Below are positions 1 to 9,704 of a DNA stretch of 64,000 nucleotides, piece after piece. The DNA is taken from contig JBALDB010000054.1 of the NCBI GenBank assembly GCA_036918135.1, positions 1 to 64,000 of the forward strand, written 5' to 3'. The stretch comes from Nostoc sp. Lineage in GTDB: Bacteria > Cyanobacteriota > Cyanobacteriia > Cyanobacteriales > Nostocaceae. A program made the position numbers and the translations under genes. Positions within the stretch are counted from its first letter, which is position 1; each line of letters opens with the position of its first letter. Below the pieces are notes generated by a model, which saw nothing but the letters and a program-made list of their open reading frames with translations, made no database searches and had not been told where the DNA came from.

Positions 1-237
1 CACCTTAAGTCATGCGACAGCAAAACTCAATCTGTGTTTCATTCGACTGATGCTTAAGCGGTTGGCGAATGGATAGATCCCAAATGGGTTCTATAACACA
101 TGGATGGTAGAGATCAGCGAGAATCATCCCAGACGAAACATTTCACTGTGCGGGCGTTGCAGAGTGGTGGCTACGTAAGTTTGACCATTTTCATTCTTTA
201 TTTTTTGTTTAAGTCCTCTTAACTGAGGTATAGTTTA

Positions 238-1328
238 ACGTGAGTTCGACGGAACTAAAAAATGGCAGGAGGTAGTGCAGGCAAATCTTTTGGGTAAATG
301 TCAATCGAAGGTTTTTTAGGCAAATAGGTATAAGCAGTTAAACCAGCTATCAAATTAACCAAAAAGTTAAATGGACTACGGTGGCGAGAGTGTTCGATTT
401 GACAGATGTTTTTGAGATGGTCATTGACGGACTCAATCACGGCTCGTTTACGTAACAGAATCTTATCAATCAGTTTTACCAAGCGATTTTTCATTTTCTT
501 CTTAGATTTGGTCACCAACTGCAAACCTCGCTCGTATAACTCTTCAAATAATTTTTGAGAGATATATCCTCTGTCACCAAATAGTTTACCAATTAAGTCT
601 TTAGTCATATCTGGGACTGGTTTTCGGTCATCTACGTTTGCTGGGGTTAGCGAAAATGCTAGTAATTCTCCGCAATCATTAATAATCAAATGAAGTTTAA
701 AGCCAAAATGCCAACCCACAGAATTTTTTCCCCATTTCACCAATCCTTTAAATACCTTTTGAGAATGTGCCCTATAGTTGTGACAAACATTAATTGGGGT
801 GGAATCGATAAAGCTAATCCCTGTAATTTCTCCTGTACGTATATGTAAAAAGCAACATAACAGCATTAAACACCAGGGCATCAGTTCCACAAACCGAGTG
901 TAGCTGACCAGATTGGGAAATGCTTCACGCCAACTTGTCAGCACATGCATGGTATAGAATTCCTTGAAAGTCTTATATCCACTGCCATGAAATGCGATGA
1001 CTATTGTCATTACTTCTGATAGATACATCCGGGAAGTGCTGCGCCTTTCTCCTGTTGTCGATGGCAATTGTGGTACTTGTGAAGAGAGATTTTCCCATTG
1101 GTTACAGAAATCATCTACGTCGCAGAAAATTTGTGTGATGTCGAGGCGAGATATCATGGTAGACATAGCCGAGACCCTTATTTTTGTTAGATATTATTAG
1201 TCTCGGCATTTTTTTGTGACTTTTTTGCTGATTCTCAATCAATCGTAGCGATCGCCTTTTTGTATGCCCAGTTGAGCAAATTCATACATAGCAAGCTTTT
1301 TGTGCTTTCCTATCCGTCGAACTCACGT
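238..1328 (-). mobile_element. Complete IS982-family insertion sequence (1091 bp)
   Basis: Perfect 16-bp terminal inverted repeats ACGTGAGTTCGACGGA (238-253) / TCCGTCGAACTCACGT (1313-1328); 7-bp target duplication TAGTTTA at 231-237 and 1329-1335; single transposase inside. Confidence 0.93.
255..1166 (-). CDS. IS982-family DDE transposase
   Basis: 303 aa; motifs FIDSTPI, GWHFGFKLHL, LFGDRGYIS, KRAVIESVNDHLK, IEHSRHRS. Confidence 0.92.
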   Translation of the reverse strand: MSTMISRLDITQIFCDVDDFCNQWENLSSQVPQLPSTTGERRSTSRMYLSEVMTIVIAFHGSGYKTFKEFYTMHVLTSWREAFPNLVSYTRFVELMPWCLMLLCCFLHIRTGEITGISFIDSTPINVCHNYRAHSQKVFKGLVKWGKNSVGWHFGFKLHLIINDCGELLAFSLTPANVDDRKPVPDMTKDLIGKLFGDRGYISQKLFEELYERGLQLVTKSKKKMKNRLVKLIDKILLRKRAVIESVNDHLKNICQIEHSRHRSPFNFLVNLIAGLTAYTYLPKKPSIDIYPKDLPALPPAIF

Positions 1329-1379
1329 TAGTTTAAAGCCTGATTTGGAGAACTGTTGATTTAAGGATTGCCGTGTTGC

Positions 1380-2369
1380 TCAGGCTGTACGTAAACGTTC
1401 AATATCTCTCATGGGTGGGGCACCAAACATTCGGGAATATTCGCGGCTGAACTGTGAAGTACTCTCATACCCGACTAGATAGGCAGCCTGAGCTGCATCA
1501 GCGTTTTCAGCAAGCATCATCTGCCGCGCTGCCAGAAGTCTTAATTGTTTTTGATATTGCAGCGGACTCATGGAGGTGACAGCCTTGAAGTGGCGATGGA
1601 ACGATGCAGCAGACATATTTGCTTGAAGAGCCAACTTTTCAATCCGCAGTGGCTCGGTAAAGTTTATTCTGAGTTGTTTGATGACTTCAGCAATCCGCTG
1701 CATATTGCTGCCAGCAGTGGCAATCTGACGCACTGCTTCGCATTGTTCCCCTGTGAGCAAACGGTAATAAATCTCGCGGACGATCATCGGGGCGAGAAAC
1801 GGAATATCCTGTGGTGTATCTAGCAGCTTTGTTAGTCGAATGGCGCAATCGATCAACAATGGATCGGCATCGCTGATGAACCAGCCTTTTACTGATTCTT
1901 TCTTACATTTATCCAAATTTGTTTGAGTAATAATCTCACAGAGTTGAGCGGGGTTTAGCTTCAGCTTAAATCCAAGATAAGGCTTATCGGGTGTTGCCCC
2001 TATCACACATTTACTCAGCGGCAAGTCTACTGATACAAGCAGATACTGAGCAACGCAGTACTGATAGGTTTCCCCATTCAATAACACTTCTTTTTTGCCC
2101 TGCACCATAATGGCGAGCAGCGGTTCGCTGACACCGCTTACCACAGCGGTAGGATCGCATTCTCGCATGAAGACTAAGGGATCGATCGCTGTAGCATGGG
2201 CACCATTACCTCTGCTGTCTGTGTGCCGAGCGACTAGTGCCGCCAGTTCTTCACATTTCTCGATAGCAAAGCGCTGCGGCGTTGACGTTCGCGGAGCCTG
2301 TCGCAGACAAGCTTCTGTGTGAGGAGAAGCGCGAACCGCTACTTTGTGATTCTGTATCTTAATCGTCAT
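1380..2369 (-). CDS. AraC-family transcriptional regulator (AraC_N + HTH)
   Basis: C-terminal SFHRHFKAVTSMSPLQYQKQLRL...VGYESTSQFSREYSRMFG; divergent from an SDR gene; true start may lie downstream. Confidence 0.92.
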   Translation of the reverse strand: MTIKIQNHKVAVRASPHTEACLRQAPRTSTPQRFAIEKCEELAALVARHTDSRGNGAHATAIDPLVFMRECDPTAVVSGVSEPLLAIMVQGKKEVLLNGETYQYCVAQYLLVSVDLPLSKCVIGATPDKPYLGFKLKLNPAQLCEIITQTNLDKCKKESVKGWFISDADPLLIDCAIRLTKLLDTPQDIPFLAPMIVREIYYRLLTGEQCEAVRQIATAGSNMQRIAEVIKQLRINFTEPLRIEKLALQANMSAASFHRHFKAVTSMSPLQYQKQLRLLAARQMMLAENADAAQAAYLVGYESTSQFSREYSRMFGAPPMRDIERLRTA

Positions 2370-2557
2370 GCTGAATTTCCGCCTAATCTACGGTTCTCCT
2401 GCACTCATTATATGAAGAATTTCTTGTTGCCAAGATCCGACTTGAGAGGATTAGGCAATCATCTGCAAGGTTTGTGCATTTAAAACCCTGGTTCTTGCTC
2501 ATAGGATGAAGACAGCTAACCATTAATAGCCTCATCAATATTTGTGAAGGAACACTC

Positions 2558-3379
2558 ATGAAAACATGGTTTATTACCGGAACCTCGCGCGGGTTTGGTC
2601 GTGCCTGGACTCAGGCAGCACTAGAGCGCGGCGATCGAGTCGCAGCAACAGCGCGCAACCTTGACAGCCTCAACGATCTGGTAGCGCAGTTTGGCGATCG
2701 TATCTTGCCCCTGCAACTCGATGTCACCGATCGAGCGGCGGACTTCACAGCGGTGAAGACTGCACACGAGCATTTTGGACAGTTGGATGTGATTGTCAAC
2801 AATGCAGGCTACGGCTTATTTGGGACGATCGAAGAAGTCAGCGAAACCGAAGCGCGTCAGCAGATCGAAACCAATCTCTTTGGAGCGCTGTGGGTCACGC
2901 AAGCAGCGTTGCCCTATTTGCGAGCGCAAGGCAGTGGTCACATCCTGATGGTTTCCAGTATTGGTGGACTTGTTGCTTTCCCGCTTCTCGGACTGTATCA
3001 CGCCTCTAAATGGGGATTGGAAGGATTCAGTGATGCGCTCAGTCAGGAAGTCACAGCATTCGGTATCAAGGTTACACTGATCGAACCCAGTGGATTCAGC
3101 ACCGACTGGTCGGGTAGCTCGGCAGTACGCGCCGAACTAATGCCAGCTTATGACAGCCTGCGGAATGCGAATGCGTGGTCAACTAGAAATACTAATGTGA
3201 AGTGGGGCGATCCTACTGCATCGAGCACAGCAATCCTCAAGCTAGTTGATGCTGAGAACCCACCCCTGCGCCTGCTGCTTGGAGAGGCTGCCACCCAAAT
3301 TGTCCCGCAAAACTATGAGCGGCGGTTGAAGGTCTGGACGGAGTGGGAAGATGTTGCGCGGGCTGCGAACGGTGATTGA
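2558..3379 (+). CDS. Short-chain dehydrogenase/reductase
   Basis: TGTSRGFG, NNAG and YHASK motifs; AAGGA ribosome-binding site upstream. Confidence 0.95.
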   Translation: MKTWFITGTSRGFGRAWTQAALERGDRVAATARNLDSLNDLVAQFGDRILPLQLDVTDRAADFTAVKTAHEHFGQLDVIVNNAGYGLFGTIEEVSETEARQQIETNLFGALWVTQAALPYLRAQGSGHILMVSSIGGLVAFPLLGLYHASKWGLEGFSDALSQEVTAFGIKVTLIEPSGFSTDWSGSSAVRAELMPAYDSLRNANAWSTRNTNVKWGDPTASSTAILKLVDAENPPLRLLLGEAATQIVPQNYERRLKVWTEWEDVARAANGD

Positions 3380-3549
3380 TGCGAACATTCGCGGTGTTTG
3401 TTCTGCATGGTATCGCTGCTGCCCTGCCTACTTTCATCAGTCATTCCAGCAGACGCGATCTCGCACGTGCCATCGCCTTTGCCATTCAGCAACCCGCCGA
3501 TGTGGATGTGAATGAAATTGTAGTGCGACCGATCGAACAGAGCAGTTAA
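3375..3549 (+). pseudogene. Internally deleted, frameshifted SDR remnant
   Basis: Pieces read IDANIRGV..LHGIAAALP and AIAFAIQQPADVDVNEIVVRP*, the typical middle and C-terminus of an SDR subfamily; the intervening sequence is missing. Confidence 0.75.
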
Positions 3550-3766
3550 GTTCAGCATCAGATTTTTCTGTTGTAGCGGATTTAGAAGCTTGGCTAAACC
3601 AGCAAGCCGGATAGCAACATAATCGAACAATTCACACTCACCTAAACTACCATTAACCAATTGCACACCATAGACCGAAAACCGTCCGTAAAGTTAACTA
3701 AAACCATCCAGTTCCCCAAATATGCATTCCAAAACTGTTCACCATCAGCAACTCCAACAGCATCAC

Positions 3767-4168
3767 TTATCTTGGAAACAAGCTCTCGTAGAACCGACCA
3801 GCATTATTTAAGCCTTGCTGTAATCGCAACTTCAGCCCTTTCCAGCCCCCAACAGCCTCATCTAATGTTTGAGGGGTATCGTGAGTGTCACTGACTTGAA
3901 TGTGTAACTCTATATTATTGCTGACTGACACAGATTCTGAATTTTGGGAGGTTAATAGTGATGATGTGTCACTAACCTGTATTGGTAAATCTATATTATT
4001 AGTGACTGATACCAACTCCCGATTTAACCAAGAATCGAAAATTGCATCACGCCCATCATCAGGTGGAACAAACTTATACACACTCTCCCGTTTTCCCCTC
4101 GGCCCCAACTGACCAACATACGATAGCCGCAAATTGATTTTGTCCAACAATTTCTGTGCGATCGCCAC
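3767..4168 (-). pseudogene. C-terminal fragment of a cyanobacterial plasmid replication protein (CyRepA1-like)
   Basis: AIAQKLLDKINLRLSYVGQLGPRGKRESVYKF..DDGRDAIFDSWL resembles the CyRepA1 C-terminus (recognised from memory); no N-terminal part adjacent. Confidence 0.6.
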
Positions 4169-4186
4169 TGGGGTCAGTTCGAGAGC

Positions 4187-4403
4187 ATTGGTGTCAAGTT
4201 AAGGCACATGCCCAAATGTCAAGTAAGGTTGCAGCAGTGCGTCGGTGTCGCTGACGCACTGCTTTAACCAAGCCCATAGAGCGTTGATGTTCAACCGACC
4301 AAGAGATAAGTTGTAGTTGTAGGTTTTGTAAAAGTGCGCGGTGAAAAAAATACAACGCCTGAAGCACCTGTGACGATTGCAACCTTGTTATTTTCCATCT
4401 CAT
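4187..4403 (-). mobile_element. Possible IS4-like element end remnant
   Basis: CATTGGTGTCAAGTTAAG at ~4187 resembles cyanobacterial IS4-type termini; a short ORF terminates inside it; it abuts the truncation point of the Rep fragment; no partner end found. Confidence 0.3.
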
Positions 4404-4436
4404 TTACTCTTGTTTCTATCTAGTTTTAGGAATGCA

Positions 4437-5309
4437 CTACGCTTGACGGTTCGCAAGCTCTTGAAGGTACTGTTGCAACGTGCGGGGTTCTCGTCCCAAA
4501 ATGGTTCGCAGCACAAGGGCATTACCGCCAGGAAATCCATATTGGTCATATTGGTCGTAGTTGGCATACATTGTTCTCATTCCATCCATACGGCTGGAAC
4601 CCGCTGGAATATGTGCCGCCTGCGCCCACTGATCGAACGACGGCTCACCCGCCTCAACGGGATGCCCAATCGCCTCACTCATCATCGCTGCGAGTTCCAC
4701 ACGGTTCACCATGCTAGGAGCACATAGCTCAAAGGTGCCGTAATCCAGCTTCTCTTGTGTTAAAGCGATCGCGGCTACTTCTGCGACATCCCGGTAGTCT
4801 ACGTAGGGCACCTTCGCCTGTTTGGAGTAGGGCAGAGAAAAGCGATGGTGTTCAAGCACCTCGTTCCAGCCATTGTCCAGGGTTTGCATGAACATGGCCG
4901 GTTGCAGCACAATGAACGTCATCCCAGACTCGTACAAGGCTTCTTCGACCGGGCGTTTCGCTGCAAAATTCATCTTCGAGATTGACGGGTGAATCACACC
5001 AGAAAACACGAATTTCTGAACACCCGATGCTTTAGCGGACTCAACCATTGCTACACCCAAGTCTGCCTCATTAGGCGCAAAAGCAGGGTTAATGTGAAAC
5101 ACACCATCTACACCATTGGCAGCAGCCCGTAAACTGTCAGGGTCGTTGAGGTCTGCGATCGCTACCTCGTCGATACCTTGCCGCTGCACTGCGTCTGCTT
5201 TAGCTTTGTCCCGTACCAAGGCTCGAATTACAGTGCCACGCTGCTTCAGTTCCGGGACGACATAGCTGGCGTACTTACCCGTTGCTCCGACCATTAATAC
5301 TTTCATCAT
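4437..5309 (-). CDS. NmrA-family NAD(P)-binding protein
   Basis: N-terminal GATGKYA Rossmann motif, VDYRDVAEVAA; 290 aa. Confidence 0.88.
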   Translation of the reverse strand: MMKVLMVGATGKYASYVVPELKQRGTVIRALVRDKAKADAVQRQGIDEVAIADLNDPDSLRAAANGVDGVFHINPAFAPNEADLGVAMVESAKASGVQKFVFSGVIHPSISKMNFAAKRPVEEALYESGMTFIVLQPAMFMQTLDNGWNEVLEHHRFSLPYSKQAKVPYVDYRDVAEVAAIALTQEKLDYGTFELCAPSMVNRVELAAMMSEAIGHPVEAGEPSFDQWAQAAHIPAGSSRMDGMRTMYANYDQYDQYGFPGGNALVLRTILGREPRTLQQYLQELANRQA

Positions 5310-5345
5310 GACTCCTGATTGTTGTTAATGTTGCTACCGATTGAC

Positions 5346-5448
5346 TTAGATTCTGCCTCCATTGATTGCAAGCGTACTGCCAGTGATATAAGAAGCATCA
5401 TCCAAGACCAGAAATGCGATAGTTGCGGCGATTACTTCTAGCTGAGCT
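5346..5448 (-). pseudogene. SDR C-terminal remnant
   Basis: Reverse strand reads AQLEVIAATIAFLVLDDASYITGSTLAINGGRI*, a classical SDR C-terminus. Confidence 0.75.
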
Positions 5449-5579
5449 TGGTGCTGTAGAGTAGTTGCAAAAGCTTGAAATACGCCCAGCTCCTATTCGC
5501 TATTTCATCTTAGGGAAGTTGCATGAGCCAGATTGTCACGTTAAGTCGTAACTTAAACTACTAACTTGGCAACGTTTGA

Positions 5580-5754
5580 TACAGCATTAGGTTGAGCGAA
5601 CCAATTATTCTGCCATCTTCAGTTTTGCTCTAAAAATGAGCGCTGTCCCCACGAAACTGCTGTCTGATTTATGCGATCGTAGAGGCTCAGCCGATAGCGT
5701 TTGAGGATCTAAAAGGGGCAGACGACTGCCCAATGTTTCAGTTTGATTAGACAT
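5580..5754 (-). pseudogene. N-terminal remnant, probably carboxymuconolactone-decarboxylase family
   Basis: AGGAG ribosome-binding site then MSNQTETLGSRLPL/LDPQTLSAE/LYDRINQTAVSWG..SKTEDGRIIG with frameshifts and a stop. Confidence 0.5.
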
Positions 5755-5938
5755 TATGATTTTTTCTCCTGTAATGACTCACTTGCATCCCTTGCCGCTT
5801 CAAGCTCAGCAGCCAAACTGTTCTATCGAAGCTAGAGATGGCGATTTGTTAATTATTGAGGTTAAAGCTGACATCGGCAAACGCGAACGGTTTTAAGGAA
5901 TCCAAACCGAAACCCTAATTCGCTCTGGAATTATCGAG

Positions 5939-6817
5939 CTATTTCAAGCCTGCATTTTCAGCATTGACTTGAGCAAAACTTGACCACTCCTGCTCTGCCC
6001 GTCCGTGCGCGATCGCGCTTAGCATATGTTCATACACTAAATTCACAAGCGGCATCGGCACATCAGCCTCATCTGCGGCTTGTCGCACCAATCGAATATC
6101 TTTGAGACCTAGTTTGAGTGCAAATAAAGCTGGGTCAAATCGTTGCTGAGCAATTTGAGTCCCGTAACTTTCATACATCGGCGACTGATACACCTGATTC
6201 AGGACTTGTAGAAAGGCTTGTGGCTCAATTCCCGATTTCTGCATTAATGCAAATGTTTCACCCAGCGTTTCCATCACGGCAGTGATGGTAAAATTGCCAG
6301 CGATCTTAACTAAGTTTGCCAGCGATGGGTCTGTGCTGACGATCGAGATGCCTCGACTCATGACTTCAAGTATTGATCGACAGTGTTCGATCCGATCGTT
6401 ATTGCCACCTGCTACAATCCAGAGATTGCCTTTTGCAGCAACATCGGGTCGTCCAAACACTGGTGCTGCGAAGTAAGCCTGTCCAGCTTGGGCATGATGT
6501 TGAGCTAACTGCTTTGAGAGATTCGGACTAATACTACTCATTGAAATGTGAATAGCATCTTTGGCAAGTCCTACACTCAGTCCCTCATCGCCCAACGTAA
6601 CGGCTTCGACCGCTGCATCGTTCGACAGCATCGTAATTACAACTTCACACTGACAGGCAACTTCAATCGGTGAGTTCGCAACTTGTGCACCTGCTTGCTC
6701 AAGCTCATCTGCTGCGCTCCGGGTGCGATTGTAGACAACGAGATCGGGATATTTCTGAAGCAAGACATTCGCCATTGCTTTTCCCATATTGCCTAAACCA
6801 ATAAATCCAATTTTCAT
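5939..6817 (-). CDS. NAD(P)-dependent oxidoreductase, 3-hydroxyisobutyrate dehydrogenase family
   Basis: IGFIGLGNMG, AAPVFG, VKIAGN motifs. Confidence 0.92.
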   Translation of the reverse strand: MKIGFIGLGNMGKAMANVLLQKYPDLVVYNRTRSAADELEQAGAQVANSPIEVACQCEVVITMLSNDAAVEAVTLGDEGLSVGLAKDAIHISMSSISPNLSKQLAQHHAQAGQAYFAAPVFGRPDVAAKGNLWIVAGGNNDRIEHCRSILEVMSRGISIVSTDPSLANLVKIAGNFTITAVMETLGETFALMQKSGIEPQAFLQVLNQVYQSPMYESYGTQIAQQRFDPALFALKLGLKDIRLVRQAADEADVPMPLVNLVYEHMLSAIAHGRAEQEWSSFAQVNAENAGLK

Positions 6818-7144
6818 TTCGACTACCTTTGTAGAATTGAATCTAAGTGCGATCGCACAGATCGGCGATCGTATTGAATCGTTAAGCGCTGTTTGGGCTA
6901 TTGCTCATTGAAAAAGCTCATTAAATGGTTATAGGGCTGTTTTCCGCAGCAAAGCAGGCGGCTGCTTTTTTGAGACAGCGCGTTGACGGGGTTCCCCTGC
7001 TTGAAGCGACTGCCGCTAAGAAATCCCGCTCCATTTGCAGTCGTTTGACTTCTCGGCGGAGTTTAGCCAGTTCTTGCTGTTCCCTGTGGTCAAAGCACCA
7101 TTAAGCGCTGCGGTTTGGTCGATTGGGTCAATACAATTGTCGCG

Positions 7145-7236
7145 CCATACGTTCTCACTCATCAACGTGAGCGTGCCATCAATGTCTCGCTGATTAGACC
7201 AGAGTAAGCCTGAGCTACCAATGTTTGTGTATTCAT
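7145..7236 (-). pseudogene. SnoaL/NTF2-like protein N-terminal remnant
   Basis: AAGGAG ribosome-binding site then MNTQTLVAQAYS / NQRDIDGTLTLMSENV with a frameshift, then truncated. Confidence 0.6.
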
Positions 7237-7335
7237 GATTCTCCTTTGAGAATGGTAAGTGTATTATACACATATTTAAGAGATACCTCTGGCGAGTTCC
7301 AGGACTCATCATTTCAGACCTTGTATGCACCTCGA

Positions 7336-7821
7336 TCACGCGTTGCCGCCGGGAGTCTCGTTCAGTCTGTCGGCAAGCATTCGCATCAACCGGACGAGTT
7401 GGTCGAAGTCATCGCGAGACCAACCCTGGAATAGCGTCAAAGCGATCCGTTCGCGCGCTTCATCTAGGGCATCTGTCGCGATCTTGCCCTTTTGCGTGAT
7501 GACCGCTTCCCGCATTCGTCGATCCGCAGAGCCGATCTGACGGCTGACTAGACCGAGTTCTTCCAACCGTGCGACCTGTCGGCTAAGAGTCGTGTAGTCA
7601 CGCCCCACGCGCCCCGCAAGGTTCACTACGCCGATCGGTCCCAACTTGGCAATCAGCACAAGGGGCGTGAATAGAGCTGGTTCGAGGCTCAGCCCTGCCA
7701 TCTCAAGCATCGCTCGATCGAGTTCGGGGCGATTCATAGCGCTGACGATATCAAGGAGGGAACGATGCAGCCCTGGAAAAGCAGACTTAATGTGTGTACT
7801 GTGCACCTTCTGTGATGACAT
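7336..7821 (-). CDS. MarR-family transcriptional regulator
   Basis: DYTTLSRQVARLEELGLVSRQIGSADRRMREAVITQKG winged HTH; start moved to ATG 7821 behind GAGGGAGG. Confidence 0.9.
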   Translation of the reverse strand: MSSQKVHSTHIKSAFPGLHRSLLDIVSAMNRPELDRAMLEMAGLSLEPALFTPLVLIAKLGPIGVVNLAGRVGRDYTTLSRQVARLEELGLVSRQIGSADRRMREAVITQKGKIATDALDEARERIALTLFQGWSRDDFDQLVRLMRMLADRLNETPGGNA

Positions 7822-8536
7822 CCGATTGCCTCCCTCAGGTATTATAGACGCTATACAGATCGGCAATTGGAGAACAGATTCCATTGCTGGTCGCAAATCA
7901 GCAAAGCAAGATAATAGGTGACGGATACGACTTTTATCGCCTTGCTCAACACTTTAGTTGCAATGATTTGGCGATCGCGTCGGTTAACGGGTCTTTGGCT
8001 GGCGTTGGTGCTAAAACTTGTGTCATCATTGAAAAATACCTCTATGTGGGGTTAAAGGGCGATCGCGCAGTTGTCCAGACGGAGCGATTGGCTTTAAATT
8101 TAGATATTGGTAGCAAACAGGGTGTTGTATGGGATACACTACCTTGTTTATCCGCTTCAATCTCAATTCCAATACAGCTTTGCTGTTATTACCAATCTTG
8201 AGAAAGGCGATTGCTTGCTCTCAGAAAGGAAATCCCAAGTCAGTTGACTTGAAATTTCCTTCTTTGTTATGAAAAGCTTATCTATGAGTGAATGTCCGTC
8301 AATTGCATCTCCAGGCACTCTTTACCCAGTCAATAGACCTTGTGCTATACCTTCAAAGGCAATTTTATAAATCCCCAAATCTTTACGATCTTTGATTGCT
8401 TCTTTATTCATTGTTTTACCTCCCCTGCTCTCTTCACCACGATCTCAGTTTTTCGCGTTGCTCCCCCTAGTAAGAATAAACTGCTCAGGAATTTCAAAGT
8501 CTCCACTATTTGGCAGACGATAGCGGGGGAGGTGTG

Positions 8537-9058
8537 CTACTTAATTAGCTGTTGCAAATAATCTTCCACAACTCGGAATGCTTCAGGACTTTTACCAGAA
8601 CTAGGATTACTTCTTAAAAATACTTTTTTCTCTTGATTGTCTAAACATACTGAAATAGAATAAGGATAATACCTTTGACCAGTCGCTGCGCCATACTCTG
8701 GTGCTAAATTCATAAACCCACTTGATTTAATCAAGTTTTTAAGTTTATCCAACTGATAGTTAGTAAGTTTTTTGCTTTTTATTTGAGTTGTAACTTGACT
8801 AGGTGTTGCAGATATAGGATTTTCATATGATTCGATTCTTTGGTTCCAAATTAGTTTCAACTGCTGAACTGTAATCGAAACAGTAGGTGCAGAATATTTA
8901 ACTACAAAATTTTCTACTTGCTTTTCACACTCAGTATGAGGCAAACTTTTAGCGATTATTAAATCAGTAGTAGTAGGCTCAAAACCTTTCACAACTAATG
9001 CCTGTGCCAGATTTGAAGAATAAAAAGTAATTGCTAGGGAAAACAAGAAGAATTTCAT
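8537..9058 (-). CDS. Secreted hypothetical protein
   Basis: Likely start MKFFLFSLAITFYSSNLAQA (signal-peptide-like); open to the stop at 8537. Confidence 0.7.
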   Translation of the reverse strand: MKFFLFSLAITFYSSNLAQALVVKGFEPTTTDLIIAKSLPHTECEKQVENFVVKYSAPTVSITVQQLKLIWNQRIESYENPISATPSQVTTQIKSKKLTNYQLDKLKNLIKSSGFMNLAPEYGAATGQRYYPYSISVCLDNQEKKVFLRSNPSSGKSPEAFRVVEDYLQQLIK

Positions 9059-9440
9059 ATTAATATGTAATAAGCTAGAAAGTCGAGTATATGTTAGTAT
9101 CGCTTCATTCGCAATATATACTCCCGTCACTCTAACCAATGGAGTTGATGCAGCAGGATTGAAGAAGAAATGTCAAGTTCAGCACGCAGTTGTAGCTTTA
9201 GTAGTCCATATCATCCTCGCTTTTAACAATCTTAGGGGTATATATGGTTTGGGCTATTGCTTTTCTCGGAGCGTACAATTATCTAATTGCAGTTTGTCTA
9301 ACAAAGTGCAATTGCTTGAGATGCTGTAATCATAACAGTTTCACAAGAAGAACCGATACGAAACATTTCTATGCTCATTTACTTCAAAATCAGCACTAAA
9401 TTATTTAGCTTTATCATCTAGATATTCCTTAGCTAACTAT

Positions 9441-9496
9441 AGTAAACCAAAAAGTTTTTTAGAAGTCTTACCATCTGGACATTTAAGCTAAAGCCA
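9441..9496. promoter_or_regulatory. Conserved intergenic motif, copy 1
   Basis: AGTAAACCAAAAAGTTTTTTAGAAG..GGACA..AGCCA; 24/25 identity over the first 25 nt to 18753-18777. Confidence 0.55.
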
Positions 9497-9704
9497 GGGA
9501 TATCACAAAACTGACAAAAGAACATTAACTTGAGCATTTCAGACGATACCCATAGTTATCTTCAAGCATTTGCTCTATTGCCAATGCTATTTGCTGACTG
9601 ATTCACGAGGGCTGAAACCCCTATATTTACGTTTGTTTTCAAAAGTTTGTGGTTTATTGAGTATCTATTTTTAGTAAAAACGCGGTGTGAGTGGGGGCAA
9701 AAAC

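Noticed and set aside
7016..7339. 107-aa ORF as an intact gene
   Set aside because: Chimeric frame crossing a frameshifted SnoaL-like remnant and unrelated DNA.
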